A stretch of 64,000 nt of DNA from a virus. Of the stretch, positions 36,333-45,001 are shown in pieces (within the stretch, counting starts at the first letter, position 1; the number at the start of each line of letters is the position of its first letter). Below the pieces are notes generated by a model. The model did not search any database and was not told the DNA's origin. It was given only the letters and a program-made list of their open reading frames with translations. A program made the translations under genes and the position numbers. The stretch spans positions 1 to 64,000 of IMG/VR virus record IMGVR_UViG_3300044712_000991; one strand, 5' to 3'.

Positions 36333-38594
36333 TCAGTTCATGCTCATGTTCAAAATAGCCACATCCGCTACAAGAGGATGGTGATCCTCGGTAAAATGCA
36401 CCTCTTCGAGCTTACCCCACACCCGACCGACCTTGACCTCACAGTCCAGACGAACATTGATCCACTCGGTCTTACGGAGCATCTCCGTGTGTATGAGTTC
36501 TAGCATCTCCTCCAACTCATTGGGCTTCACAGAGTAAATGAGGGAGTCATACACGGTGAGGACCATGCGCGACTTCAACCTCCTCCTCACAATCTCCTTG
36601 TCAATCCGTACGGCGGCCAAGAAATTCGTGTCGGATGCCCCTCCCTGGATAGGGGAGTTCACAGCCTGTCGTTCAGCCTTGGCCTTGATGCCCCGGATGA
36701 CCCGCACCGCCTCCTCGTGGTTCTCCTTCATCTGCGTAAGGTCTACCACCTCTACATCTTCAGCATCATCATCCTCCCACTGGCTGTCGTTGTACTCTCC
36801 CAACTCCCTGTCGAGCGTGGCTTTCATCCGCAGGATGTCCTTATCCGCCGAGACCAAGATGGGCAGGCGGCGCTTACGCCCGTAGAGGTTCGTGACCACT
36901 CCTGTCTGTTTGGCGAGATTGGTAGTCTTCGCCAACCACTTCTGTGCGGTCGGGTACCTCCCGAAGAAGAGGTTCACAATCTGACGCGCCTCGTTCAGAG
37001 TGATACCCAGGCTGTCCGCAATGGACTTCGCGCCACGACCGTACATCATACCGAACACCACGGTCTTCGCGATATTGCGCTCTTCCTTCGTTACATCCTT
37101 CGTCCACTCCTTGAACTGCTCGTACGTGATCTCCCCCATGGGGATGATGAGCCCCTTACCCATCGCGGCAGTGATTTTGTGGATATCCAACCCCGCGTTG
37201 ATGTCCTTCACCATCTGCTCATCGTTGGAATACGAGGCCCAGATACGGAACTCAATCTGCGACAAATCAGCCTCCACCAACCAGTCGCCTTGGTCGGCAA
37301 TGAACTGATACTTGATCTCAGCCTTCCGGCGGGGGATGTTGTTCAAGTTCGGTTGGAACGAAGAGGGTCTCCCCGTGACAGTCCTGAACAACGGGTAGTT
37401 CGACCGAATCTTACCATCCTCGTGGATGAAGTACGACAGACCATCCACAAATGTACCGTTGAGATACACGAGATTGCGGTAGTCCATAATCTGCTGCGCC
37501 ACTGGCAGGGTCTTCGCGTACTCCGCAAGGACAGTCTTGTCCATCGAGGCCGCTGCAACCTTGGTCTTCTTATTGGGCTTCCCCCACTTGAGTTCGGGCA
37601 TATGAAACTGCCCGAGCATGAGTTCCGAGAGATACTGCGCACTCAGACGAAACTCCCACTTATCTCGATGCTTGGTCACGAAGTCCTCTTGGGTCAAGGA
37701 CTTCCTGTTCTTCTTCTTCCCCGCCCACTCCGCCCTCAGGAGGTTCTTCCGAGCCTCCTCCACAGCCTGAATCTCGGGTACCGCGTGCAAGGCGTTCCAC
37801 GCTTCTGCGATCTTCTGCTTGTACTCCTCCCGCAGTTGAGCGTTGTACGCGATGTCCACCATGACCCCGCTGTACTCGACCTTCGCGAGCACCTTCTGCG
37901 TGGGCATTTGAATGTTATGCAAGACCCACAGCAGATGCTCCTTCTCCAGGAGGGGGTACATCACCTTGTGCGCCCTTAGAGTGGCATCCGCATCCATACA
38001 GGCATACTCGTAGAGCATCTGGCGAGGTATCTTCGCGTACGACCCAACTTCGATAATGATGAGTTCTTTCCGCTCAGCATCCCGTACCTTCATCCACCCC
38101 TCTTTGCCCTGTACCCGGCACATCCTCGGGTTCGCCTCCGGATTGCCCTCCACATACGCATCCAGTTCGTCGTGGTATCCACCCATATCCGTGTAGCGCT
38201 TGGCGATGAACTCCAAACCGTGTCGCTGGTTCTCATCCAACAGATGGTCTTCGAGAATGGTATCCGAGTACCAGTTGGCGAGTCGTACCTTGTTCGCCCA
38301 CAAGAACTTGATATCGAACACACCGTTCTGCGTGATCTTCCTCGATCCATTCAAAAAGACCGGCCGCAACGCATTCCACGCCTCCCGCCGCTCCTCGGGA
38401 GAAAGTTCATCGAACACAAGGCACGCACCCATCCCGTGAGCCCACGAGAAACTCGCGCAAATGATCTGGTCCTTGAGGAACCTCGTACCCGTGGTCTCCA
38501 AGTCATACGACCATTCGGGAAAGTGGTTCAACTGCTTGACCAGCCACTGAATCTGCTGCGGTGTACGGCAAATGAAGAACCGTGTGTGTGCCAT
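36333..38594 (-). CDS. polA: Family A DNA polymerase (3'-5' exonuclease plus polymerase; no 5'-3' exonuclease)
   Basis: Exo I YDLETTG, Exo II NGVFD and Exo III YACMD. Motif A EADLSQIEFR, motif B AKTVVFGMMYG (Phe at the 762-equivalent) and motif C VYDS. Confidence 0.93.
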   Translation of the reverse strand: MAHTRFFICRTPQQIQWLVKQLNHFPEWSYDLETTGTRFLKDQIICASFSWAHGMGACLVFDELSPEERREAWNALRPVFLNGSRKITQNGVFDIKFLWANKVRLANWYSDTILEDHLLDENQRHGLEFIAKRYTDMGGYHDELDAYVEGNPEANPRMCRVQGKEGWMKVRDAERKELIIIEVGSYAKIPRQMLYEYACMDADATLRAHKVMYPLLEKEHLLWVLHNIQMPTQKVLAKVEYSGVMVDIAYNAQLREEYKQKIAEAWNALHAVPEIQAVEEARKNLLRAEWAGKKKNRKSLTQEDFVTKHRDKWEFRLSAQYLSELMLGQFHMPELKWGKPNKKTKVAAASMDKTVLAEYAKTLPVAQQIMDYRNLVYLNGTFVDGLSYFIHEDGKIRSNYPLFRTVTGRPSSFQPNLNNIPRRKAEIKYQFIADQGDWLVEADLSQIEFRIWASYSNDEQMVKDINAGLDIHKITAAMGKGLIIPMGEITYEQFKEWTKDVTKEERNIAKTVVFGMMYGRGAKSIADSLGITLNEARQIVNLFFGRYPTAQKWLAKTTNLAKQTGVVTNLYGRKRRLPILVSADKDILRMKATLDRELGEYNDSQWEDDDAEDVEVVDLTQMKENHEEAVRVIRGIKAKAERQAVNSPIQGGASDTNFLAAVRIDKEIVRRRLKSRMVLTVYDSLIYSVKPNELEEMLELIHTEMLRKTEWINVRLDCEVKVGRVWGKLEEVHFTEDHHPLVADVAILNMSMN

Positions 38595-38602
38595 GGTTGT
38601 GC

Positions 38603-39451
38603 TTACTTCCCTTCGATAACGGTGGAGGGCACGCTGACAATAAGAGCGAACGCCCGAGGATCACCAACCCCCAGAGTGCTCGACCCGTTTTCATGCACGG
38701 TGCCAATGGGGATGGGAGTAAATGCGTGACGTTCACACAACGCGTTCACCCAGAACACCCCATCCGTGAGTTTGTTGCACCGCGAAGTCTCGGGCGTGTA
38801 ATGACGATGCCCGTAGATGACCATTCTGACAGACTTCGCTGCCAGAATCTTCTCCGTGAGTTCGTTGGGGCTCCCATCGTGGTTGAACGGAGGAATGTGC
38901 GACACGAGCACATCGGGAGACAGCGCGAGCGCCGTGTCCAGCCTCCGCGAGTACTTCTCCCACGACCGTGGGGTGACCTCGCCCTCCTTGTGACCTGGTG
39001 GAAGCAGATTAGCGGGGAACTCCCCCTCCATCGTCTGCGGAATGAACCTCTCCGTTCCCCGCGTGGCCGCCACGGTCAACCCCCGGTATCCGATAGTGAA
39101 GAGTTCCTGGTGGTCGGCAAAGTAAGTATTGTCCAACCCATTATCAAGCGCCCAGTTGGACATGAATGCCGCGCCCTTCTTACCCCAGTAATAGTCGTGA
39201 TTGCCGATGGTGTGCACAATCTTCACCCCGAGCGAATCCAACCACTTGAAGTCCGCAAGCGCCTCATCCCGACCAATCGCCCACGACGTGTCTCCCGCGT
39301 TGATGACCACCGAGTTGGGAGGTAGACTCCGAAAACCCTGCTCAATACGCTCCATCCACTGAGCGTACTGCTCCCCGAAGACCACCATGTCCTTAAACGG
39401 TGGCCGACCAGAGAGATGCAGATCGGAGATAGCAAACACGTTGGTTGTCAT
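38603..39451 (-). CDS. Calcineurin-like metallophosphoesterase (DR1119-like)
   Basis: ISDLHLS, AGDTSWA, GNHDYYW, SHIPP and YGHRH. Confidence 0.8.
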   Translation of the reverse strand: MTTNVFAISDLHLSGRPPFKDMVVFGEQYAQWMERIEQGFRSLPPNSVVINAGDTSWAIGRDEALADFKWLDSLGVKIVHTIGNHDYYWGKKGAAFMSNWALDNGLDNTYFADHQELFTIGYRGLTVAATRGTERFIPQTMEGEFPANLLPPGHKEGEVTPRSWEKYSRRLDTALALSPDVLVSHIPPFNHDGSPNELTEKILAAKSVRMVIYGHRHYTPETSRCNKLTDGVFWVNALCERHAFTPIPIGTVHENGSSTLGVGDPRAFALIVSVPSTVIEGK

Positions 39452-39990
39452 TTACGCGCCCTTTCGATTTTCGTTTTGATCTTCTTCAATTTGTTCATGT
39501 ACAGGCTTATGGTGGGGTTGGTGTACCCCGTTACCACGAGGTACCACGGAGAACTGTTGTCGTTCGCCTCTTCCTTCCACACCCCAAGGAAGAACACTAG
39601 ACCGTACGTGATCGTGGTACCCGTACGGGGGTCTGCGAGTTCGACATTCTGCTCATCCATGCCCGTGACGACCATATAGTGCCCACCACCATCTTCGAGC
39701 ACCACATGCACCATGGGGATGAGCCCCTTGCGAAGGAAGTCCTTCAGTTTCTGCTTCGTGCCCTTGGAACTCTCCTCATACTTGAACCCCAGGAGTTTCA
39801 GAGCGCGTATCAGATGATGCTCGTTCGTCCCATCCTGGGTCACACCCGTGAGCAGATTCAGTTCCCGCTGTGTCAGTTCCAGCCCATACTGATACAACAA
39901 GATAGTCCCCAACGCAGTGGGACCACAGTTGTACGAGAACTGTTGTTCGATAGCATGGACTTTGTAGCCCACGTATTCATCCGATGACAT
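39448..39990 (-). CDS. Stand-alone C39-like cysteine peptidase
   Basis: QQFSYNCGPTAL (Q, C), GHYMVV (H) and LADP (D). Start refined to MSSDEY (RBS AAGGAG). Confidence 0.8.
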   Translation of the reverse strand: MSSDEYVGYKVHAIEQQFSYNCGPTALGTILLYQYGLELTQRELNLLTGVTQDGTNEHHLIRALKLLGFKYEESSKGTKQKLKDFLRKGLIPMVHVVLEDGGGHYMVVTGMDEQNVELADPRTGTTITYGLVFFLGVWKEEANDNSSPWYLVVTGYTNPTISLYMNKLKKIKTKIERARK

Positions 39991-40522
39991 TGTGCTCTCC
40001 TTCCTCGATAATAGAGGCGGTAAACTGCTTGTACAGATTTTCATACACGTTCGTCGGGTGTGTCTCCTTGTCCCCGAGGACAAATATCAGCACCCGAATC
40101 CAACGGTTCACAAACTCCTGCGATAAGTTAACGTACGTCTTCAGGTCTCGCAAGATAAGACCTATGATGACATTCTTGGCCTTCTCATCCCCCACTATCG
40201 GGGCATCCTCATCCCGCCCCTTCGTAACCTCAGCGTACACCCGGAGAAACTCATGTTCCCGCGAACCCTCAAACAGCACGAAGTCGTTTGCAAGTAGTGC
40301 CTTGGCGATAGCGTAGGGCACCTTGTCCATACGCATCACGAACTGCTCTAGACCCCCACCTCCACAACCAGCGCGACAAACCCACACGCCTCGGTCGAGG
40401 TTCATGTCGAAGGATGGGTTGTGATCCTCATGGAAGGGACATAGACACCGCGCTTCCGACCCCATCTCCTCGGCTATCTTGAGCCCGTAGTGCTGCAAGA
40501 CACCCCTCGGTGATACTGGCAT
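39977..40522 (-). CDS. CHC2 zinc-finger protein (primase Zn-binding domain as a separate gene)
   Basis: LCPFHEDHNPSF...WVCRAGCGGGG. Starts immediately after the dnaB stop. Confidence 0.8.
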   Translation of the reverse strand: MPVSPRGVLQHYGLKIAEEMGSEARCLCPFHEDHNPSFDMNLDRGVWVCRAGCGGGGLEQFVMRMDKVPYAIAKALLANDFVLFEGSREHEFLRVYAEVTKGRDEDAPIVGDEKAKNVIIGLILRDLKTYVNLSQEFVNRWIRVLIFVLGDKETHPTNVYENLYKQFTASIIEEGEHNVIG

Positions 40523-42055
40523 CTAGTCCTCCTCCACAGGCTGACCATACACGCTATCATCGAACGGCTCGCCTATCTGCGCGTCCGCCACCGGATCGGC
40601 TGCATCGCTCTCCGCCGCATTCACGGGGTGTGTATCCGTCACCGAAATTGTGCCCTGGGGCAGTGGTGCGCTCTGTACAACCATAGGCATGGGTGCCGTT
40701 GGCGGAGCATCCTTCGCGAGCATCCCCGTGACATGCTTGTGGGACACGAGCCTCGCCATGTCCCCGATGTACCCCACCTGCCAGGAGGCGTACAACGATA
40801 TCTTCCTGTTCCTCGCCCCGTACCTGTTCTTCTGCACAAAAATATCGAATCCTGAGTCGCTATCCTCAGGGCGATGGATGTAGCAGATCACATGGCAATG
40901 GGGTGCCACATAATGTGACTGCCCAATGCTGTCGAGACCGAAATCCGACTCCTTCTTCTTCAACTTGCCCGACCGACTCTCCTGAAGAGATGTGATGAAA
41001 CTGCACCGATACTGCGCAAAAATCTGACGATACTCGGAGAACAGGTAGTTGTACCTCTCGGAGGTCGTTGTATACGGACGCACGGGGTACGCTTCATTTG
41101 AGTAGTCAAAGAACACCACATCCGGTACATGCCCGAACTTCGCGGCGTACATGTCGATCTCCCTGCGTAAGTCCGCAGATGTCGCTAGACCTGTCCAGTA
41201 CACGATGTACGGTAGCTTGTTCTCCGTGTGTATCTGCGTGCATACATCACGCAGTTTCGACTCCTCCATGGATGTCAGCGTGGAGCGCTGCAACTGTCCG
41301 AAGTCCACCATAGCCGCACGGCTCAAAAACAAGCTCACAATGGTGCGCAGAGAGTCCTCAATCGAGATGTAGAGCACTCGCTTGCCCATCATGGCCATGT
41401 TGTACGCGAGATTCACCTTCAACCGCGTTTTGCCCGAGCTCGTATCCCCGTAGATGAGGGTGATGTGTCCTGGGCGTGTACCACCGCCTGTCAACTGATC
41501 GAGTTCGTAGATACCGTACCGCACCCCCTCTTGGTACTTCTCTGGGTGGTCACGCCTATCCTGGTAGACCTCCCATACCTTGGTCGCCTCATCCCCTGCG
41601 AACGCTCGCTCAATCTCACTGTTCATCAGAGGGTGCTTCAGAGCGGAGAGTTTGTCCTGCATCTCCCGCACGATATCCATCTCACCCTTCTGCGCACCCA
41701 CACTCTCCACCATCTCCTTCGCGTGGTCCACAATCCGCCTACGGGCGTACAACGCCCACAGTTTGTCCACCGCAGGGCGATATCCACTTGCAGAGAGCTC
41801 GATGGTCGAGAGCCCCGAGAGGAACATGCGTACCTCTAGGTCGGCCTCAGGGAAATCCTCCAGATCGGCCAACCGTGGTGCCTGCCCCCACTGCTTGTAG
41901 AAGTTGTTCAGTACCTGCTGGGCCTTGCTGTGCAGGGCGTACTCAAAAATGTCGGGGCTCAGCGGATGGAAGTACTCGCCCCCATCCGTGATGTGGTACG
42001 CAAGAACCTTACGCTCTACTCCCTCATCATCGTAGATAATCGGGTCGGCGCTCAT
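40523..42055 (-). CDS. dnaB: DnaB-like replicative helicase
   Basis: GDTSSGKT, YISIED, VFFDY, TSLQE and KNRYG. Confidence 0.88.
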   Translation of the reverse strand: MSADPIIYDDEGVERKVLAYHITDGGEYFHPLSPDIFEYALHSKAQQVLNNFYKQWGQAPRLADLEDFPEADLEVRMFLSGLSTIELSASGYRPAVDKLWALYARRRIVDHAKEMVESVGAQKGEMDIVREMQDKLSALKHPLMNSEIERAFAGDEATKVWEVYQDRRDHPEKYQEGVRYGIYELDQLTGGGTRPGHITLIYGDTSSGKTRLKVNLAYNMAMMGKRVLYISIEDSLRTIVSLFLSRAAMVDFGQLQRSTLTSMEESKLRDVCTQIHTENKLPYIVYWTGLATSADLRREIDMYAAKFGHVPDVVFFDYSNEAYPVRPYTTTSERYNYLFSEYRQIFAQYRCSFITSLQESRSGKLKKKESDFGLDSIGQSHYVAPHCHVICYIHRPEDSDSGFDIFVQKNRYGARNRKISLYASWQVGYIGDMARLVSHKHVTGMLAKDAPPTAPMPMVVQSAPLPQGTISVTDTHPVNAAESDAADPVADAQIGEPFDDSVYGQPVEED

Positions 42056-42456
42056 GCATCCTCAGAAAATAGGGTTGCGGAGGAACTGATGCGACCCCGA
42101 AGGGCCTGTTCCTCGCTGTCTGTCATTGGAGTAACCACATGTGGGCTGTTCTTCTTCAACAGCCTCATGTAGAGTTGATGCACATCAGGATTAACAACAC
42201 ACAGAAAATTCACATGGGTCTTGCCACACAGAAAATCGGGTGAAAACACCCAGTCAACGAAGTCCTTGTACTCCGCGTTGCTCAGATGGAGCTTGTTCAT
42301 AAACCGCTTGATGTGGGTACTATAGATGGCCCAGTCACGCGATACGTACACCATATGTACACCCGATATCTCCTCCAATTTCCGCATATAGTGCGCTGCG
42401 AAGTCCTTGGAGTTCCACTTTTCAACTGGTTCGCGGGTCATGATTACGACCGCCAT
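42052..42456 (-). CDS. Hypothetical protein (possible helicase partner/loader)
   Basis: Coupled to dnaB. Start refined to MAVVIM. Confidence 0.5.
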   Translation of the reverse strand: MAVVIMTREPVEKWNSKDFAAHYMRKLEEISGVHMVYVSRDWAIYSTHIKRFMNKLHLSNAEYKDFVDWVFSPDFLCGKTHVNFLCVVNPDVHQLYMRLLKKNSPHVVTPMTDSEEQALRGRISSSATLFSEDA

Positions 42457-42463
42457 ACAATCC

Positions 42464-43972
42464 TCACTTGAATGATTTCCGCACATCCTCCAACGTCCAC
42501 TTACCCACGTTTATTTCATGAATATCAAATCGAGGCTCACTCCGGTACTGCTTCTCCCGGAACTTGCTGTGAGACATAAGATACATCTCTTTGTGACCAA
42601 AGTCAATTAGCCCCCCGTAGGTCTTCTTCGGATCATCGGGGTTGGGCGTGATAGACCGAAGCCTCTGGAAGGTGTCCACGGGGCTCATGCCACCCGCCGC
42701 GTTGATAACAAAGTGAAGCCCCGCGATATCCACCCCCTCGTCCCACAGGGTAGAAATAACACACTTCACCCTCCCGGCATTCAGCGCGGCCTTCACCTGA
42801 TTTCTTTCCTCCAGAGAGGCCTCACCGTACAGCCGTATAGCGTGTGTGCGCTTGATGTACTTCGCAATCTCATTCCCGTGGGTCTTCTTATCGACCACGA
42901 TGAGCACGGTCATCCCCTGGAGATTCAGTTTCTCCGCGATACGGGCTATCAGGGTGTTCCTGAACTCGTTCTGGGATATAGCCTCCCGATAGATGGTCTG
43001 ATAGGAGGCCGCTGAGTACTTCACACGGGGGAGTTTGTAGATGTAAATCTTGGGAGGCAGAAGCCATCCCTGCTCAATCAGAAAACTGTAGGACACCCCG
43101 TAGATGATCTCCCCGAGTTCGGCCTCAATCTGCATATCCTCAGGACGACCATAGTTGGGGGTCGCGCTCAGACCGAACATGACCTGGGCGTGTCTGAATT
43201 TTCGAAAAACCGTGGATGCTATGGACGACTGTGCGTGGTGACACTCATCGTAGATGACTGTCTGCACAGTATCGACATACCTCTGAAGTTCCGCACGTTG
43301 GGCGTTCGTGACCTCATTGTCGCTACCGATCTTCTTGTACGCGTTGCCCTGCGACTCCCGCTTGGCCTTCCGGCGGTTCTTGTACTCAATCTCGTACGCA
43401 GAGACCGCAGACTGCACGGTCATGATGGTCACATCCCCGAGATCGAACTCTCCATCACCCACGAGCCCAATGTGCGCCCCTGGGATGAACTTCTCGAAGA
43501 CCTTGCGTGTCTGACTCGCGATGTCGATACTGTTGCACATGAACACCGCAGGAAACAAACGCGACTGATCGAGGAAAGCACACGCAATCATCGTCTTGCC
43601 ACTTCGCGGAGGAGACTGCACAATACCCCGTAGACGTTGGAACATCGTGCTCACACCTTCTTCTTGGTGTGGGCGAAGTTCGTACGCACCACGCTGCTCC
43701 CTGCGCTCAATCTCGGGAAACCCCAGAAACCGCAGTTCCTGTCCGTGACTCTCAAGAAATCGGATGACCTTTGAGGTCAGTCCCGACTTGAAACTGCGGG
43801 TCTTCATGGAATAGAAGTGCTGTTTACCATCCCATTCATTGGAGGCCACCCTAGGACTAAAAAACGCACCCGATGCCTCGTACGAAAGGTGTTCTTCAAG
43901 TGCGATTTCCAGCTCGCTAGGTATGTCACCCAACAAGTGTGTCCGGAGAGGGGAATATCGGATAGTGATCAT
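42464..43972 (-). CDS. SF2 DNA helicase (UvsW/Rad25-like)
   Basis: LRPHQ, SPPRSGKT, YDECHH, SAT, EGVDI and QRLR. Confidence 0.85.
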   Translation of the reverse strand: MITIRYSPLRTHLLGDIPSELEIALEEHLSYEASGAFFSPRVASNEWDGKQHFYSMKTRSFKSGLTSKVIRFLESHGQELRFLGFPEIERREQRGAYELRPHQEEGVSTMFQRLRGIVQSPPRSGKTMIACAFLDQSRLFPAVFMCNSIDIASQTRKVFEKFIPGAHIGLVGDGEFDLGDVTIMTVQSAVSAYEIEYKNRRKAKRESQGNAYKKIGSDNEVTNAQRAELQRYVDTVQTVIYDECHHAQSSIASTVFRKFRHAQVMFGLSATPNYGRPEDMQIEAELGEIIYGVSYSFLIEQGWLLPPKIYIYKLPRVKYSAASYQTIYREAISQNEFRNTLIARIAEKLNLQGMTVLIVVDKKTHGNEIAKYIKRTHAIRLYGEASLEERNQVKAALNAGRVKCVISTLWDEGVDIAGLHFVINAAGGMSPVDTFQRLRSITPNPDDPKKTYGGLIDFGHKEMYLMSHSKFREKQYRSEPRFDIHEINVGKWTLEDVRKSFK

Positions 43973-44274
43973 GGGGGAGGAAGTATGAACCACCCTTTCG
44001 ACCGCAGCGCCTGGATGATGGCATCCGCGTGAAAATCTTGTGTGTCAAGGTCCTGCACCAAGGTCGTGTCCAACGAGGGGGTCATCAACCCGAGGATAGT
44101 CTGCGAAAACACCTCGTAGTCCGTGGCAGTCAAAGGACTCACAGGTACGACGACCATCCCTGCGGTCTCTATGTGCTGTAGAACAACCTCGATGGATGCA
44201 CGAAGAGAGGCATCAACCGTCGCCTCTCCCGTAGTCCCGAAGGTGCTCAGTATGGCTGTCGCCACATCGCTCAT
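43969..44274 (-). CDS. Hypothetical protein
   Basis: Coupled by ATGA overlaps on both sides. Confidence 0.55.
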   Translation of the reverse strand: MSDVATAILSTFGTTGEATVDASLRASIEVVLQHIETAGMVVVPVSPLTATDYEVFSQTILGLMTPSLDTTLVQDLDTQDFHADAIIQALRSKGWFILPPP

Positions 44275-44960
44275 CGCCGTTTCCACCCTATAGTGTGTCG
44301 CATGTCGGTTTTCAACACGACCCCCGTGTATTTGAGTTCCAAATCAACGGATGTAATATAGGCATCTCCCGTGAAAAAATCAAGTAGGGTCGAGAGGATA
44401 GTGTACGCGCTCTTCGCCCCCTCAAAGTGCTTCAGCAGTTCCATGCGTTCTTCATCGGTAAACGCAGGTTTCACAGGCTGAACGACTTTCTCGATATTGA
44501 ACAGAATGTCCTCAAAATACAGTTTTTCTTCCGTACCGAGCACGACCGTGAGATTCCCCAACACAAGAAGAACCTCCTGGACTACCACAGGCATGGACAG
44601 CCACATCATGCTCTTGACCCGCTTGCGACTGTATGTGCTCTGGAGCCCCGCCGTGAAGGTCGTAACAGCGTCCGTGAAGTCCACGATGGACAACCTCTCC
44701 TGCGGAAGATCAAACTCACACCCAACCTCTACCACGCCCACCTTGAACTCCTGCGCTATCTGCTGTGCAACCGATGCAAGCACGGAGGAAGATATGGTGG
44801 TGTTCGCTAACGTAAGAATAGGTCGCATGAGCATCTCGGGAGCAATATATCCCGAAGTACCTACGGAGAACTTGCCTGTGACCGCCCGATGACCCTTGCC
44901 CTTCCGTGCGAGAAGCACGGGAACGAGCAGGTTATCGAACCGTGATGCGTAATTTGCCAT
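44271..44960 (-). CDS. Hypothetical protein
   Basis: 229-aa co-oriented ORF. Confidence 0.6.
   Translation of the reverse strand: MANYASRFDNLLVPVLLARKGKGHRAVTGKFSVGTSGYIAPEMLMRPILTLANTTISSSVLASVAQQIAQEFKVGVVEVGCEFDLPQERLSIVDFTDAVTTFTAGLQSTYSRKRVKSMMWLSMPVVVQEVLLVLGNLTVVLGTEEKLYFEDILFNIEKVVQPVKPAFTDEERMELLKHFEGAKSAYTILSTLLDFFTGDAYITSVDLELKYTGVVLKTDMRHTIGWKRR
44355..44383 (-). promoter_or_regulatory. Sigma70-type promoter TTGATT-17-TATATT inside a CDS 3' end
   Basis: TTGATT ttttcacgggagatgcc TATATT, upstream of the helicase/polA operon. Confidence 0.6.
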
Positions 44961-45001
44961 ACAGCGCTCTTTGGGTTACTCCACGAGGAAACGAAAGACC
45001 A

